Assembly: GCA_009845995.1 (NCBI GenBank)
Contig: VXYK01000039.1
Coordinates: 2,640-66,639, forward strand
From: Acidimicrobiaceae bacterium
Lineage (GTDB): Bacteria > Actinomycetota > Acidimicrobiia > Acidimicrobiales > Aldehydirespiratoraceae
DNA: 64,000 bases
Direction of reading: 5' to 3'
Shown: positions 53,808-63,365 of the stretch, piece after piece
Position numbering within the stretch: position 1 is the stretch's first letter
Layout of the letters: the number at the start of each line of letters is the position of its first letter
Made by a program: the position numbers and the translations under genes
Notes under the pieces: generated by a model
The model's database searches: none
Told to the model about the DNA's origin: nothing
What the model saw: only the letters and a program-made list of their open reading frames with translations

Positions 53808-53844
53808 GGTTAATATATTTCATGTATTTATAATAAATATTATG
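53808..53844. other. About 37-bp, roughly 90% A+T block containing the palindrome ATAATA-AA-TATTAT
   Basis: Read directly: ggttaatatatttcatgtatttataataaatattatg. It lies between dndE and the PIN toxin-antitoxin pair, in an otherwise GC-rich sequence. Confidence 0.8.
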
Positions 53845-53905
53845 TCGCTCTTCCAAACTTCCTGCTAGAGTTCGGTTCACAGCCGGACGCTCCAGGAGGA
53901 TCGCC

Positions 53906-54118
53906 GTGACATCCAAAGCCATCACCGCATCGTCTCTACCACGCAACGAACCCGCTAAGGCCCCAACGAAGACTGGCCCCAACAAAGACGATGACACGCC
54001 TCAAGCTGCGGCACTGCGACGCAAGTTTCTAAGGAAGGCGGTTGAGGAGTACGAGGCCGAGTTCGGGGCTTTCACCGAGGAAGAACTCGCTCAAGCACGC
54101 TCTGAGACGGCCAGGTGA
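53906..54118 (+). CDS. Putative antitoxin of the downstream PIN toxin
   Basis: 70 aa. AGGAGG RBS 6 nt before GTG 53906. 4-nt overlap with the PIN gene. No strong motif. Confidence 0.5.
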   Translation: MTSKAITASSLPRNEPAKAPTKTGPNKDDDTPQAAALRRKFLRKAVEEYEAEFGAFTEEELAQARSETAR

Positions 54119-54510
54119 CAACGCTTGTGCTCGACACTGGTGCGTTGATCGCCCTAGACCGCGGTGATCGACGCGTTTGGTCCAAATTTCGATTGGCAGT
54201 GGGGGAATCTCACACCGTTCAAGTTCCCACACCAGCCTTGGCTCAAGCGTGGCGCGGAGGAAACCGTCAGGCGCGACTCGCCAACGCACTCAAGGGAGCA
54301 CGCGAGGTGCCGCTCGACAGCCAAGCGGCACGAAGGGCCGGAGTATTGTGCGGCGAAACCGACACAGCCGACATTGTGGACGCTTCAGTCGTCGTTGCTG
54401 CAATTGAGGCAGAACATGAAGGGGCCGTCGAGGTGCTCACCTCAGACGGTGGCGACCTGAGGCATCTATTGATCGCGGTCAACTCGAGCGCGCGCGTTGT
54501 AAACGTGTAG
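54115..54510 (+). CDS. vapC: PIN-domain toxin (VapC-like)
   Basis: MTTLVLDTGALIALDRGD..., ADIVDASVVVAA, VLTSDGGDLRHL. Confidence 0.7.
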   Translation: MTTLVLDTGALIALDRGDRRVWSKFRLAVGESHTVQVPTPALAQAWRGGNRQARLANALKGAREVPLDSQAARRAGVLCGETDTADIVDASVVVAAIEAEHEGAVEVLTSDGGDLRHLLIAVNSSARVVNV

Positions 54511-54566
54511 GCGTCAGTCCAACCGCTTGCTCGGGTTAGCTAGGGGGCGGTTGGGGCGGTACCGTT

Positions 54567-54576
54567 CACCCAAGCC
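54567..54576. repeat. Right copy of the 10-bp direct repeat CACCCAAGCC
   Basis: Read directly 23 nt upstream of the sdhC ATG. Identical to 39746-39755. Confidence 0.3.
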
Positions 54577-54598
54577 AAGCGACCAGAAAGCGACATTG

Positions 54599-55471
54599 AT
54601 GGCGCAGACCGCTCCGCCACGAATCGACACCGGGCAACAGCATGAGGTCGCGCCCGTTCGTCGGAGGCCAAGGCAGCTTCCGTGGCCGCTGAACATCTAT
54701 CAATCGGCGATCGGCAAGAAGTACGCCATGGCGATCTCAGGCATTGGTCTGCTCGGCTTCGTGGTGGTCCACATGATCGGCAACCTCCACCTCTACGAAG
54801 GCCCAGTACAGGTCCACGAATACGGAGAAGCTCTGCGCGATCTCGGCGGCCATCTGGCGCCGCGCACATTCCTGTTGTGGCTGATGCGCCTCGGCCTCAT
54901 GGGCATGTTCGTGATTCACATTCACAGCGCCTACTCACTCAGCCGCATGAGCCTCAAAGCCGACGATTCATATGCCGGCAAGCGCAACTACATAGCCGCC
55001 GACTTCGCGAGCCGCACAATGCGCTGGACCGGCCCGATCGTGCTGCTCTACCTGCTGTTTCATCTGGCCGATCTGACTTGGGGATGGTGGCTCGGCGATG
55101 AGTACGTGCGTGGCGACATCTACCACAACGTGGTCGAGTCGATGAGTTCGCTACCCGTGGCGATCATCTATATCGTCGCCAACGTGGCGTTGGCGGTGCA
55201 TATTTTCCATGGCACCTGGTCGATGTTCCAAAGCCTGGGACTCAACAACCCGAAGTTCAACGATCTGCGCCGCGGTATAGCCGGAGGTCTCGCGGCGTTG
55301 ATCCTGATCGGGAACCTGAGCTTTCCAATTGCCGTTCAAGCGGGTTTGATCAACGAAGACAACCGCTCCGTCCCCGTCGGCGAGTTCAACACTGATTCCG
55401 GCCACACGGCTCCGGCTACGCCCGGCAACAACACCGCGGCTCCGGCTGCGCCCGGCGAAAGCAACGCATGA
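54599..55471 (+). CDS. sdhC: Succinate dehydrogenase/fumarate reductase cytochrome b subunit (b558-type, 5 TM)
   Basis: Multi-TM protein with His-containing helices ([40 protein letters not shown]). Overlaps the sdhA start by 4 nt. Start taken at ATG 54599. Confidence 0.75.
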   Translation: MAQTAPPRIDTGQQHEVAPVRRRPRQLPWPLNIYQSAIGKKYAMAISGIGLLGFVVVHMIGNLHLYEGPVQVHEYGEALRDLGGHLAPRTFLLWLMRLGLMGMFVIHIHSAYSLSRMSLKADDSYAGKRNYIAADFASRTMRWTGPIVLLYLLFHLADLTWGWWLGDEYVRGDIYHNVVESMSSLPVAIIYIVANVALAVHIFHGTWSMFQSLGLNNPKFNDLRRGIAGGLAALILIGNLSFPIAVQAGLINEDNRSVPVGEFNTDSGHTAPATPGNNTAAPAAPGESNA

Positions 55472-57390
55472 TGGTTGTACTCGATGCCAAAATCCCCGAC
55501 GGGCCAATTGCCGAGAAATGGGACAACCACAAGTTCTCGGTGAAGCTGGTCAACCCGGCCAACAAGCGCAAATTCGACATCATCGTCGTGGGCACAGGAC
55601 TGGCCGGAGCGTCCGCCGCGGCCTCGCTCGCCGAACTCGGCTACAACGTGAAGGCTTTCACGTTCCACGACTCGCCTCGGCGGGCCCACTCGATCGCTGC
55701 CCAAGGCGGCATCAACGCAGCCAAGAACTACCGCAACGACGGCGACTCGGTCTACCGCCTCTTCTACGACACGGTGAAGGGCGGCGACTACCGCTCACGG
55801 GAAGCCAATGTGTACCGCTTGGCGCAAGTGTCGCTCAACATCATCGACCAGTGCGCCGCTCAGGGAGTGCCCTTCGCCCGGGAGTACGGCGGCCTGCTAG
55901 CCAACCGCTCATTCGGCGGTGCTCAAGTCAGCCGCACCTTCTATGCCCGCGGACAGACCGGTCAGCAACTGCTGCTCGGCGCCTACCAAGCCCTGGCGGC
56001 CCAGATCAAGGCTGGCAAGGTAACGCTCTACAACCGTTCCGACATGCTCGACGTCGTGGTCAAAGACGGAGAGGCGTGCGGCATCATCACCCGCGACATG
56101 CTCACAGGCGAGGTACACGCCCACAGTGCCCATGCAGTGGTGCTGGCCACCGGCGGTTACGGCAACGTCTACTACCTGTCGACCAACGCAATGGCCTGCA
56201 ACGTGACCGCGGCATGGCGAGCCCACCGAAAAGGAGCGCTGTTCGCCAACCCCTGCTACACCCAGATCCACCCGACATGTATCCCCGTCAGCGACGAGTT
56301 CCAGTCGAAGCTCACCTTGATGTCGGAGTCGTTGCGCAACGACGGACGCATCTGGGTTCCACGCCAAATCGACGACGCCCGCTCCGCTGCTGATATCCCC
56401 GAAGCCGAGCGCTACTACTACCTCGAAGAGAAGTACCCCTCATTCGGCAACCTCGTGCCACGCGATGTGGCCAGCCGCAACGCCAAGACTGTGGTCGACG
56501 GAGGCCGCGGCGTCGGCCCGCTCAAGAACGGGGTCTACCTCGACTTCGCTGCCGCAATCGACCGTGACGGAGTCGAAGCGGTGCGCGAACGCTACGGCAA
56601 CCTCTTCGACATGTACGAGCGCATCACCGGCGAAGATCCCTACAAGTTGCCGATGCGCATCTATCCGGCCACCCACTACACGATGGGCGGGCTCTGGGTG
56701 GACTACAACTTGATGACCACAGTGCCGGGACTCTATTGCCTCGGTGAGGCCAACTTCTCTGACCACGGAGCTAACCGACTGGGCGCGTCAGCGCTGATGC
56801 AGGGACTCGCCGACGGTTATTTCGTGCTGCCCTACACCATCGGTGATCATCTGGCCCCCAAGCTGGGCGACGCCACCGTGCCCACGACCGATCCAGTCTT
56901 CAAAGAAGCCCTGGCCGAGGTCGACCAGCGCACCAGAGGCTGGACTCAGGTGAAGGGCACCCGCTCCGTCGAGCACTACCATCGCGAACTCGGCAAGATC
57001 GTCTGGGAGTACTGCGGCATGGCCCGCAACAGAACCGGTCTTACCAAGGCGCTGTCGGAGATTCCCGCCTTGCGCGAGGAGTTCCGCAAGAATGTCAAGG
57101 TGCTGGGCAGGCCAGACGGGGTGAACCAGCAGCTTGAGAAGGTCAACAGAGTGGACGACTTCATGGAGTTCGCCGAGCTCAAGGTGCGCGATGCTCTGCA
57201 CCGCTCCGAGAGTTGCGGCGGACACTTCCGTGAGGAGTCCCAAACCCCCGAGGGTGAGGCGCTGCGCGATGACGAGAACTTCGCCTACGTCGCCGCCTGG
57301 GAATGGCAGGGACCCGACACCGATCCCGTGTTGCACAAAGAGGATCTCGCCTTCGAAAACGTCCAACTCACTCAGCGCAGTTACAAGTAG
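55468..57390 (+). CDS. sdhA: Succinate dehydrogenase/fumarate reductase flavoprotein subunit
   Basis: FAD motif [45 protein letters not shown]. Confidence 0.9.
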   Translation: MMVVLDAKIPDGPIAEKWDNHKFSVKLVNPANKRKFDIIVVGTGLAGASAAASLAELGYNVKAFTFHDSPRRAHSIAAQGGINAAKNYRNDGDSVYRLFYDTVKGGDYRSREANVYRLAQVSLNIIDQCAAQGVPFAREYGGLLANRSFGGAQVSRTFYARGQTGQQLLLGAYQALAAQIKAGKVTLYNRSDMLDVVVKDGEACGIITRDMLTGEVHAHSAHAVVLATGGYGNVYYLSTNAMACNVTAAWRAHRKGALFANPCYTQIHPTCIPVSDEFQSKLTLMSESLRNDGRIWVPRQIDDARSAADIPEAERYYYLEEKYPSFGNLVPRDVASRNAKTVVDGGRGVGPLKNGVYLDFAAAIDRDGVEAVRERYGNLFDMYERITGEDPYKLPMRIYPATHYTMGGLWVDYNLMTTVPGLYCLGEANFSDHGANRLGASALMQGLADGYFVLPYTIGDHLAPKLGDATVPTTDPVFKEALAEVDQRTRGWTQVKGTRSVEHYHRELGKIVWEYCGMARNRTGLTKALSEIPALREEFRKNVKVLGRPDGVNQQLEKVNRVDDFMEFAELKVRDALHRSESCGGHFREESQTPEGEALRDDENFAYVAAWEWQGPDTDPVLHKEDLAFENVQLTQRSYK

Positions 57391-57399
57391 GGGCCCCAG

Positions 57400-58185
57400 A
57401 TGAGCAGCACCGCACCCAGCAAGACGCTGAACCTCAAACTGAGAATCTGGCGCCAGGACGGACCCCACGCCGAAGGGTCCTTTCTCGATATTGATGCCGA
57501 CCAAATCCCCGTCGACGCCTCATTTTTGGAGATGCTCGACCTCATCAACGAGAGGCTCATAGAAGACGACGTTGAACCGATTACGTTCCCACACGACTGC
57601 CGCGAAGGAATCTGCGGTACCTGTGGCGTCATGATCAACGGGCAAGCTCACGGACCTGAGAAAGCCACTGCCACCTGCCAACTCCACATGCGCAAGTTTC
57701 GCGACGGCGACCAGATCGTTATCGAGCCGTGGCGCGCCGCCGCCTTCCCGGTGTTGAAGGACCTCATGGTCGACCGCCGCGCCTTCGACCGCATCATCGA
57801 AGCGGGGGGCTACATTTCCGCCCCTACCGGCACGCCGCAGGATGCCAACGAGATTCCTGTGCCGAAGGAGGTGGCCGACACCGCGATGGACGCGGCGGCC
57901 TGTATCGGCTGCGGCGCTTGCGTGGCTGCTTGCCCCAACTCGGCAGCTCAGCTCTTCACCTCGGCCAAACTCGCCCACCTCAACGTGCTGCCACAAGGTC
58001 AACCGGAGAGATGGAAGCGCACCGAGGCCATGGTGGAGACGATGGAGGACTTCTTCGGTTCGTGCACGAACCACGGTGAATGCCACGAGGCATGCCCCAA
58101 AGAGATCTCACTTGACTTCATCGCCTTCATGAACCGCGACTACATCAAGTCGAAAAGCAAGAACCGCAGCCTCGCCAGCCAATAG
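57400..58185 (+). CDS. sdhB: Succinate dehydrogenase/fumarate reductase iron-sulfur subunit
   Basis: CREGICGTCGVMINGQ ([2Fe-2S]), CIGCGACVAACPN, and CTNHGECHEACPK (4Fe/3Fe clusters). Confidence 0.9.
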   Translation: MSSTAPSKTLNLKLRIWRQDGPHAEGSFLDIDADQIPVDASFLEMLDLINERLIEDDVEPITFPHDCREGICGTCGVMINGQAHGPEKATATCQLHMRKFRDGDQIVIEPWRAAAFPVLKDLMVDRRAFDRIIEAGGYISAPTGTPQDANEIPVPKEVADTAMDAAACIGCGACVAACPNSAAQLFTSAKLAHLNVLPQGQPERWKRTEAMVETMEDFFGSCTNHGECHEACPKEISLDFIAFMNRDYIKSKSKNRSLASQ

Positions 58186-58248
58186 TTCTGACGGGCCGAT
58201 CCGCGAGGTTCTCCGGCTCGCTGGGGTTGCTTGACGAGTCGATGTATC

Positions 58249-58272
58249 TGTGACACAGTGACCGGTGTCACA
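58249..58272. promoter_or_regulatory. Perfect 8-bp inverted repeat TGTGACAC-8 nt-GTGTCACA (operator-like), 13 nt downstream of a TTGACG hexamer
   Basis: Read directly: ttgacgagtcgatgtatc tgtgacac agtgaccg gtgtcaca. Confidence 0.4.
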
Positions 58273-58547
58273 CCTCGGTAGATCGGTTGACGCCGCTCGG
58301 TCGAAGCACCCGCCTAGACCTGTCATCCGTTGTACCCGTGACAGAAGGGAGGAGGCGAACGATAGAAAGCGGGCACCGAGCATAAGCCAAAGGGGCCTGC
58401 AGTTTTCTCGCCATACGAACCCACGTTGCACCGTGGACGGGACCGCTCCCACAAGCTTCTCGCGCCCGATGTGCCCAAGAGGCAACCGGAGAAGCGCTTA
58501 GAGAGAAGATCCCAAAGGCCGCAGCGACGTGACGAGGACCTCTCTCG

Positions 58548-58590
58548 ACAGGCGAGGTGTCCCTCCTGGGGCACCTCGCCTGTAGTTTTG
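58548..58590 (+). terminator. Terminator/attenuator-like hairpin: 12-bp perfect stem, 12-nt loop, then AGTTTTG
   Basis: ACAGGCGAGGTG tccctcctgggg CACCTCGCCTGT agttttgc, read directly. It ends 6 nt before the probable GTG start (58596) of the DUF368 gene. Confidence 0.45.
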
Positions 58591-58595
58591 CACTC

Positions 58596-59519
58596 GTGCC
58601 ACTGCGAAGACTCGGGAGATTTGTCGGCTGCGGCTTGTTGATGGGAGCAGCAGACGTCGTTCCCGGGGTGTCCGGGGGAACCGTCGCCCTGGTTCTGGGG
58701 ATCTACCAGCGCCTAGTCAACGCCATTCGCACGACTGCAAAGACCCTGGTACCACTCGCAAAAGGTGACCTCAGGGGATTTTGGGCCGCTCTGAAGTCGC
58801 TCGATTTCATCTTTCTGGTCCCTCTGGGAATCGGCATTGTGCTGGCCGTCGGAGCACTGGCCGGGCCCATCGAAACGCAACTCCACGACCATCCCGAAGA
58901 GATGGCTGGACTCTTCTTCGGCCTTGTCGCCGCCTCAATCGTCGTTGCGTTACGACTCATCAACCAGCCGACACTGGTCCACTACCAGTTGATGGCCGCG
59001 GTCGGCGCGGTCGTGTTCATACTGCTCGGCTTCCAGTCCGGCCCGGTGCAAGACCCTTCACTGGCGGTCCTGGTCGGCGCCGGTGCTCTGGCCGTTTGCG
59101 CCATGATCCTCCCCGGCATCTCCGGCTCGTTCATCCTGTTGATGATCGGCATGTACAGCGCCGTGATCGGAGCGGTAAGCGACCGGGACTTCGTCGATAT
59201 TCTCTTCGTCGCTTTGGGGGCGGCCATCGGTCTCGCTGTGTTCTCCTCAGCACTCGGTTGGATCATGGACCGGTACGGAGACCTGGTGACGGCGGCCATG
59301 ATCGGACTGATGCTCGGATCGCTCAGGGTGCTGTGGCCCTGGCCCAACGGCGTGGGTGTGATCTCCGAGCACCGAACCGAGGTCATCGACGGAACCGGGC
59401 TGTCCTGGCCGGCGTCGGGCGACCTGCCCGCACCGGCGATCCTCGCGGTTGTGGGAGCTCTCGTCGTGATCGGTTTGGCGAAGGCAGCCGAGAGCCTCGC
59501 CGCGAAAGAACGCAGTTGA
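58596..59519 (+). CDS. DUF368-family membrane protein (undecaprenyl-phosphate translocase-type family)
   Basis: GLLMGAADVVPGVSGGTVALVLGIYQRL signature and multiple TM segments. Start moved to GTG 58596 because the track start (58557) lies inside the hairpin stem. Confidence 0.75.
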   Translation: MPLRRLGRFVGCGLLMGAADVVPGVSGGTVALVLGIYQRLVNAIRTTAKTLVPLAKGDLRGFWAALKSLDFIFLVPLGIGIVLAVGALAGPIETQLHDHPEEMAGLFFGLVAASIVVALRLINQPTLVHYQLMAAVGAVVFILLGFQSGPVQDPSLAVLVGAGALAVCAMILPGISGSFILLMIGMYSAVIGAVSDRDFVDILFVALGAAIGLAVFSSALGWIMDRYGDLVTAAMIGLMLGSLRVLWPWPNGVGVISEHRTEVIDGTGLSWPASGDLPAPAILAVVGALVVIGLAKAAESLAAKERS

Positions 59520-59962
59520 ACCCGGTTCCGCTGCTGCATCGACTGCTGCTGATCGCTGCGACGGTCATGTCGCTGGTGACAATCGTGGCCTGTGCGACAG
59601 ACGACCCTCTGCCGATTGATCTCGCGGAGCCTGAACAGGGACCTGAAATCGAGCGACCCGAGGACATCGTTGATCTCACCGGCAACGGCGAGATCACCGT
59701 CGAGGTCGGCGACAACTACTTCAGTCCCCGCAACTTCATTGTCGATCCGGGCACGCGGATCGTGTTCGTGAACGTGGGGTTCACGCCACACAATGTGATC
59801 TCCACTCGTGAGGGCGCGTTCGAGAGGATCCCGGACGCCGCGTTGGACCAAGGGCCGGTGACCCTGATACTCGAGGACCCGGGCGACTATCCCCTTTTCT
59901 GCTCAATCCACGGCACAGCCACCTTCGGCCAGACCGGATACATCGTGGTCACCGCCACCTGA
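59516..59962 (+). CDS. Cupredoxin-like lipoprotein
   Basis: The TTG 59516 start (TTGA overlap with the upstream stop) gives the signal/lipobox MNPVPLLHRLLLIAATVMSLVTIVAC. C-terminal VFVNVGFTPHNV ... YPLFCSIHG is a type-1 copper-like ligand pattern. It is the C-terminal part of the 393 aa track ORF. Confidence 0.6.
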   Translation: MNPVPLLHRLLLIAATVMSLVTIVACATDDPLPIDLAEPEQGPEIERPEDIVDLTGNGEITVEVGDNYFSPRNFIVDPGTRIVFVNVGFTPHNVISTREGAFERIPDAALDQGPVTLILEDPGDYPLFCSIHGTATFGQTGYIVVTAT

Positions 59963-60026
59963 GCCGGGGTGTGACCAGACAGCGGCTTTGGTCGATGTCA
60001 CACCCCGGGCCGTAGGATGACGAACC

Positions 60027-61484
60027 ATGAACCCGCGTCTCGCGCTATTGGCTCTATTCGTGTCATTGGCACTGATTACGATCGCCTGTGGTTCGGGCGA
60101 TGACGACAGCACCACAGCAGTCGACGGTACAGACACGATCGCCGAACCCGGCGCCGACGGCGGCGGCACCGACAGCACCAGCACCGATGGGGCCGACGAC
60201 GACACGGCTCCCGACGACGGAGACGCCGGTCCCGGGTCCGACGCAGGATCCGACGCTGCTGACGGCAGCGACCCCGGCTACACGGTGCGCAACGTGCCCG
60301 CCGACTATCCGACAATTCAGGCAGCGGTGGACGCCGCTGAACCCGGTGACCTGGTACTCATCCATGAAGGCGTGTACAACGAGGCGGTCGTCGTGCAGAC
60401 CGACAACATCGTGATTCGCGGGATCGACCGCAACGCCGTGATCCTCGACGGCCAGTACGCCGAGATCGGCAGCGAGAACGGAATCATCATCTCGGCCAAC
60501 GGCGTGGCCGTGGAGAACCTCACGATCCGCGGCTACACCCGCAACGGGCTGTTCTGGACCGGCGACTACGGCAACGACTTCTTCGTCGACGGTTACCGCG
60601 CCTCATATGTGACAGTGCACAACGTGGGTGTCTACGGGATCTACGCCTTCAACGCCCTCAACGGGCAGTTCGACCACACGTACGCCAGCGGATCGGACGA
60701 CTCGTCGTACTACGTCGGCCAGTGCCGCGACTGCAACGCCCTGCTCTATGAGGTCGAAGCCACCAACAGCCAGCTCGGCTACTCGGGGACCAACTCAAGC
60801 GGCACGATCATCACCAAATCGCACTTTCACAACAACATGATCGGCGTCGTCACGAGCAGCCTGTCGAGCGAACAACTGGCCCCGAACACCGGCACGATCA
60901 TCGTCGGCAACTACATACACGACAACAACAACGAGGACGTGCCCTCACGGAACCACAGCTACCAACTCGGGCTCGGTACAGGAGTCGTGCTGGCGGGCAC
61001 CGTTGAGAACGTCGTGGAACGGAACCGGATCGTGAACAACACCCGCGCCGGCGTCACCACGCTCGATTGGATCGCCGCGATCCTCGGCGGTAAGGTGGAC
61101 TACCCCGCCATCGGCAACATCGTGCGCGACAACATCATCTTCGGGTCCACACTCGACGCCGACCTGATGCTGGCGCTCGAATCGGTGGAGGAGGGCGGCC
61201 AGCAGAACTGCTACTACGGCAACACATTCGACAACTCCACCCCAGCCGACATCGAGGTGTCACTGAGCTGCGACAACCCGACCAACGAAGGGCTGGTGCC
61301 GCTCGATCAGTTGATCGCCAAGTTCAACATCGGGTTTGATCCCATCGACTACCGAGACGCTCCGGTTCCCGAGTACAACTTCGACAACATGCCCGGCGAC
61401 CCGGCAACCGACCCACCTCGGCCGGCGGTCGACGTGCCCATGGAGATCGATCTCGACAGCATCGGGATTCCACCCGCTGGCTGA
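60027..61484 (+). CDS. Lipoprotein with right-handed parallel beta-helix repeats (NosD/pectate-lyase-like)
   Basis: Lipobox LALITIAC, an acidic Asp/Gly/Thr-rich linker, then repeated ...G.....N..I.GN.I..N... units (IRGYTRNG, VVERNRIVNNTRAG, IVRDNIIFG). Confidence 0.6.
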   Translation: MNPRLALLALFVSLALITIACGSGDDDSTTAVDGTDTIAEPGADGGGTDSTSTDGADDDTAPDDGDAGPGSDAGSDAADGSDPGYTVRNVPADYPTIQAAVDAAEPGDLVLIHEGVYNEAVVVQTDNIVIRGIDRNAVILDGQYAEIGSENGIIISANGVAVENLTIRGYTRNGLFWTGDYGNDFFVDGYRASYVTVHNVGVYGIYAFNALNGQFDHTYASGSDDSSYYVGQCRDCNALLYEVEATNSQLGYSGTNSSGTIITKSHFHNNMIGVVTSSLSSEQLAPNTGTIIVGNYIHDNNNEDVPSRNHSYQLGLGTGVVLAGTVENVVERNRIVNNTRAGVTTLDWIAAILGGKVDYPAIGNIVRDNIIFGSTLDADLMLALESVEEGGQQNCYYGNTFDNSTPADIEVSLSCDNPTNEGLVPLDQLIAKFNIGFDPIDYRDAPVPEYNFDNMPGDPATDPPRPAVDVPMEIDLDSIGIPPAG

Positions 61485-61520
61485 GCCTCGGGCCGCGGCA
61501 GAGCAACGGCCGGACAGAGA

Positions 61521-62966
61521 CTAGAGCGCTTCGAGGAAGCGGATCAGCGCGGAGCGATCCGCGGCGCTCAGTTCCTTGAAGGCGGCTGTGCTGCGTTCCG
61601 CCTCACCCCCATGCCAGAGGATGGCCTCTGTGAGGTTCCGAGCCCGACCGTCATGGAGCAGATCGGTGTGACCGTTGACCGTGTCGAACAGTCCGATGCC
61701 CCACAACGGAGGTGTCCGCCACTCAACGGCGACCACCTCACCGCCGACGGTCTGATCACTGAGGCCCTCACCGAGATCATGGAGCAACAGATCTGTGTAC
61801 GGGTTGATCTGCTGAAGACTGAGACCCTGGACCTGTCCGACACCGGTCGTGAACCCTGAACTGTGGCATGCATTGCAACCGATCGTGTTGAACAACTCCC
61901 AACCCCGCTGTACCTCCGGATCCTCGACGTCTCGGGCCGCGGGGACCGCCAAGGTCCGCGCATACAGGGAGAGCTTGTACAGCACCTCGTCAGAGACCTC
62001 TCCGTAGAACTCGTAACCGTCGGCTCCTGCCAGTTCGCCGCCAAAACCGGCCGGCTCGTAGTACTCCGACACCGGCCCTCCCCGGCGTTCGCACAAGCCA
62101 CCGGTGTCGCAGGTCTCGTTGGGAAAGTGACGGCTGGTGAGCCCCAGGTCGCCGAACAACGCCGTCGCCGTCTGCTGCTCGACGCTGGGCTGGTTCGCGT
62201 TCCAACCGAACCGTCCCAGAACCGACTCGCCGCTCAGCAGTTCGACAGCCGCTCCCGCACGACCGCTGACCCCGTCGGAGTCGAGATCATCGGGATCGGC
62301 GTTGGCGAGGATCTGGCTCTCGGGGATCAACTCAAGGAGGCCCAATCCCGACAGGTGGGGCGCGATCCGGGGGCGCAGCACCACGCCATCAGAAAGTGCG
62401 CTGCCGTTCACAACAGGGGTATAGGTCGGTCGGCGCAACGAATACGTCTCTCCGTCCACGAACGTGCCCACGAGCTCGGAGTAGCTGACTTCCAGGTGAC
62501 CTTCGGCTTCGATGCCATGAGCCTGCGCGGTGAGCTGTTCGCCGTAGAGTCGCCGCGTTCGCTCGTCGAGGTCGCCGAGCAGCACGATCAACCCGCTCGG
62601 CAGTTCACCGTCGCTGGCCGGACCCGCCGCACGTCCATCGCGCACATGACAACTCGAACAGGAATTGGTGACGAAGTGAGGGCCGAGTCCTCCGAACTCG
62701 ATGCCGGAACCCGTCACCCATTCAGCGCCGAAGAGATCGGCGCCGTCCGCGAAGATCTGCCGTTCGTAGTCGTTGATGTTGCGAGCGGTGAGTCCAAATG
62801 CCCGCTCTGTGCGGTCGAAGGCCGTTGTCATCCCCCCAGAACGGGCCACCAACTCTGGCACTTGGATGTCGTGCGGTTCAGGGTCAGCCTGGCCGCGGTC
62901 GCCACATGCGACCAAGATGAGCATCAGCACCGCTACCAGCCCAACCAACCATGTTCTCACCCCCAA
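61521..62966 (-). CDS. Di-haem cytochrome c peroxidase-like protein (DUF1111 family)
   Basis: Two CxxCH motifs (CSSCHVRDG and CNACHSSG). N-terminal lipoprotein-like signal (LILVAC). Confidence 0.75.
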   Translation of the reverse strand: MGVRTWLVGLVAVLMLILVACGDRGQADPEPHDIQVPELVARSGGMTTAFDRTERAFGLTARNINDYERQIFADGADLFGAEWVTGSGIEFGGLGPHFVTNSCSSCHVRDGRAAGPASDGELPSGLIVLLGDLDERTRRLYGEQLTAQAHGIEAEGHLEVSYSELVGTFVDGETYSLRRPTYTPVVNGSALSDGVVLRPRIAPHLSGLGLLELIPESQILANADPDDLDSDGVSGRAGAAVELLSGESVLGRFGWNANQPSVEQQTATALFGDLGLTSRHFPNETCDTGGLCERRGGPVSEYYEPAGFGGELAGADGYEFYGEVSDEVLYKLSLYARTLAVPAARDVEDPEVQRGWELFNTIGCNACHSSGFTTGVGQVQGLSLQQINPYTDLLLHDLGEGLSDQTVGGEVVAVEWRTPPLWGIGLFDTVNGHTDLLHDGRARNLTEAILWHGGEAERSTAAFKELSAADRSALIRFLEAL

Positions 62967-63011
62967 GTTCTATCCTGGCTCATGTGAATCCCGGGTTTAG
63001 CGACAACTGAC

Positions 63012-63365
63012 ATGAGCAATATCGCGTCTGCGCAATGGATCGAGGAACGCCAACGACGAGTCGCCGAACTTGAGTTCACGCCTGAATTGACACTGACAAT
63101 TGAGCATCGGATCACCGGCGACGACGACATCTGGCATGTGGAGATCGACGCGGGACAGGTCACGTTCCGTGCCGGTCCGCACCCGAATCCAACCCTGATC
63201 CTCACCGGCTCACGATCCACCACCGACGCCATTCGCAGCGGCAAGCAGTCGGCGCAGCGGGCGTTCCTGGACGGCGAACTGAAGGTCGGCGGGAATATCG
63301 CCAAACTGCTGGACAGCCACATCCAACTCGAAAGGGTGGCCGAGACGCTGGCCGCAACTATTTGA
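63012..63365 (+). CDS. SCP2 sterol-carrier-like domain protein
   Basis: DAIRSGKQSAQRAFLDGELKVGGNIAKLLD is a typical SCP2 C-terminal pattern. Confidence 0.6.
   Translation: MSNIASAQWIEERQRRVAELEFTPELTLTIEHRITGDDDIWHVEIDAGQVTFRAGPHPNPTLILTGSRSTTDAIRSGKQSAQRAFLDGELKVGGNIAKLLDSHIQLERVAETLAATI

Noticed and set aside
58781-59515. N-terminal 245 codons of the 393 aa plus-strand ORF overlapping the DUF368 gene in another frame
   Set aside because: This part is Arg/Pro/Gly-rich shadow sequence. Only the last roughly 148 codons, from TTG 59516 with a proper lipoprotein signal, look real and are annotated as the cupredoxin-like gene.
61863-62987. 374 aa plus-strand ORF opposite the di-haem DUF1111 gene
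   Set aside because: The minus-strand frame has two CxxCH haem motifs and a signal peptide. The plus-strand ORF has shadow-type composition.
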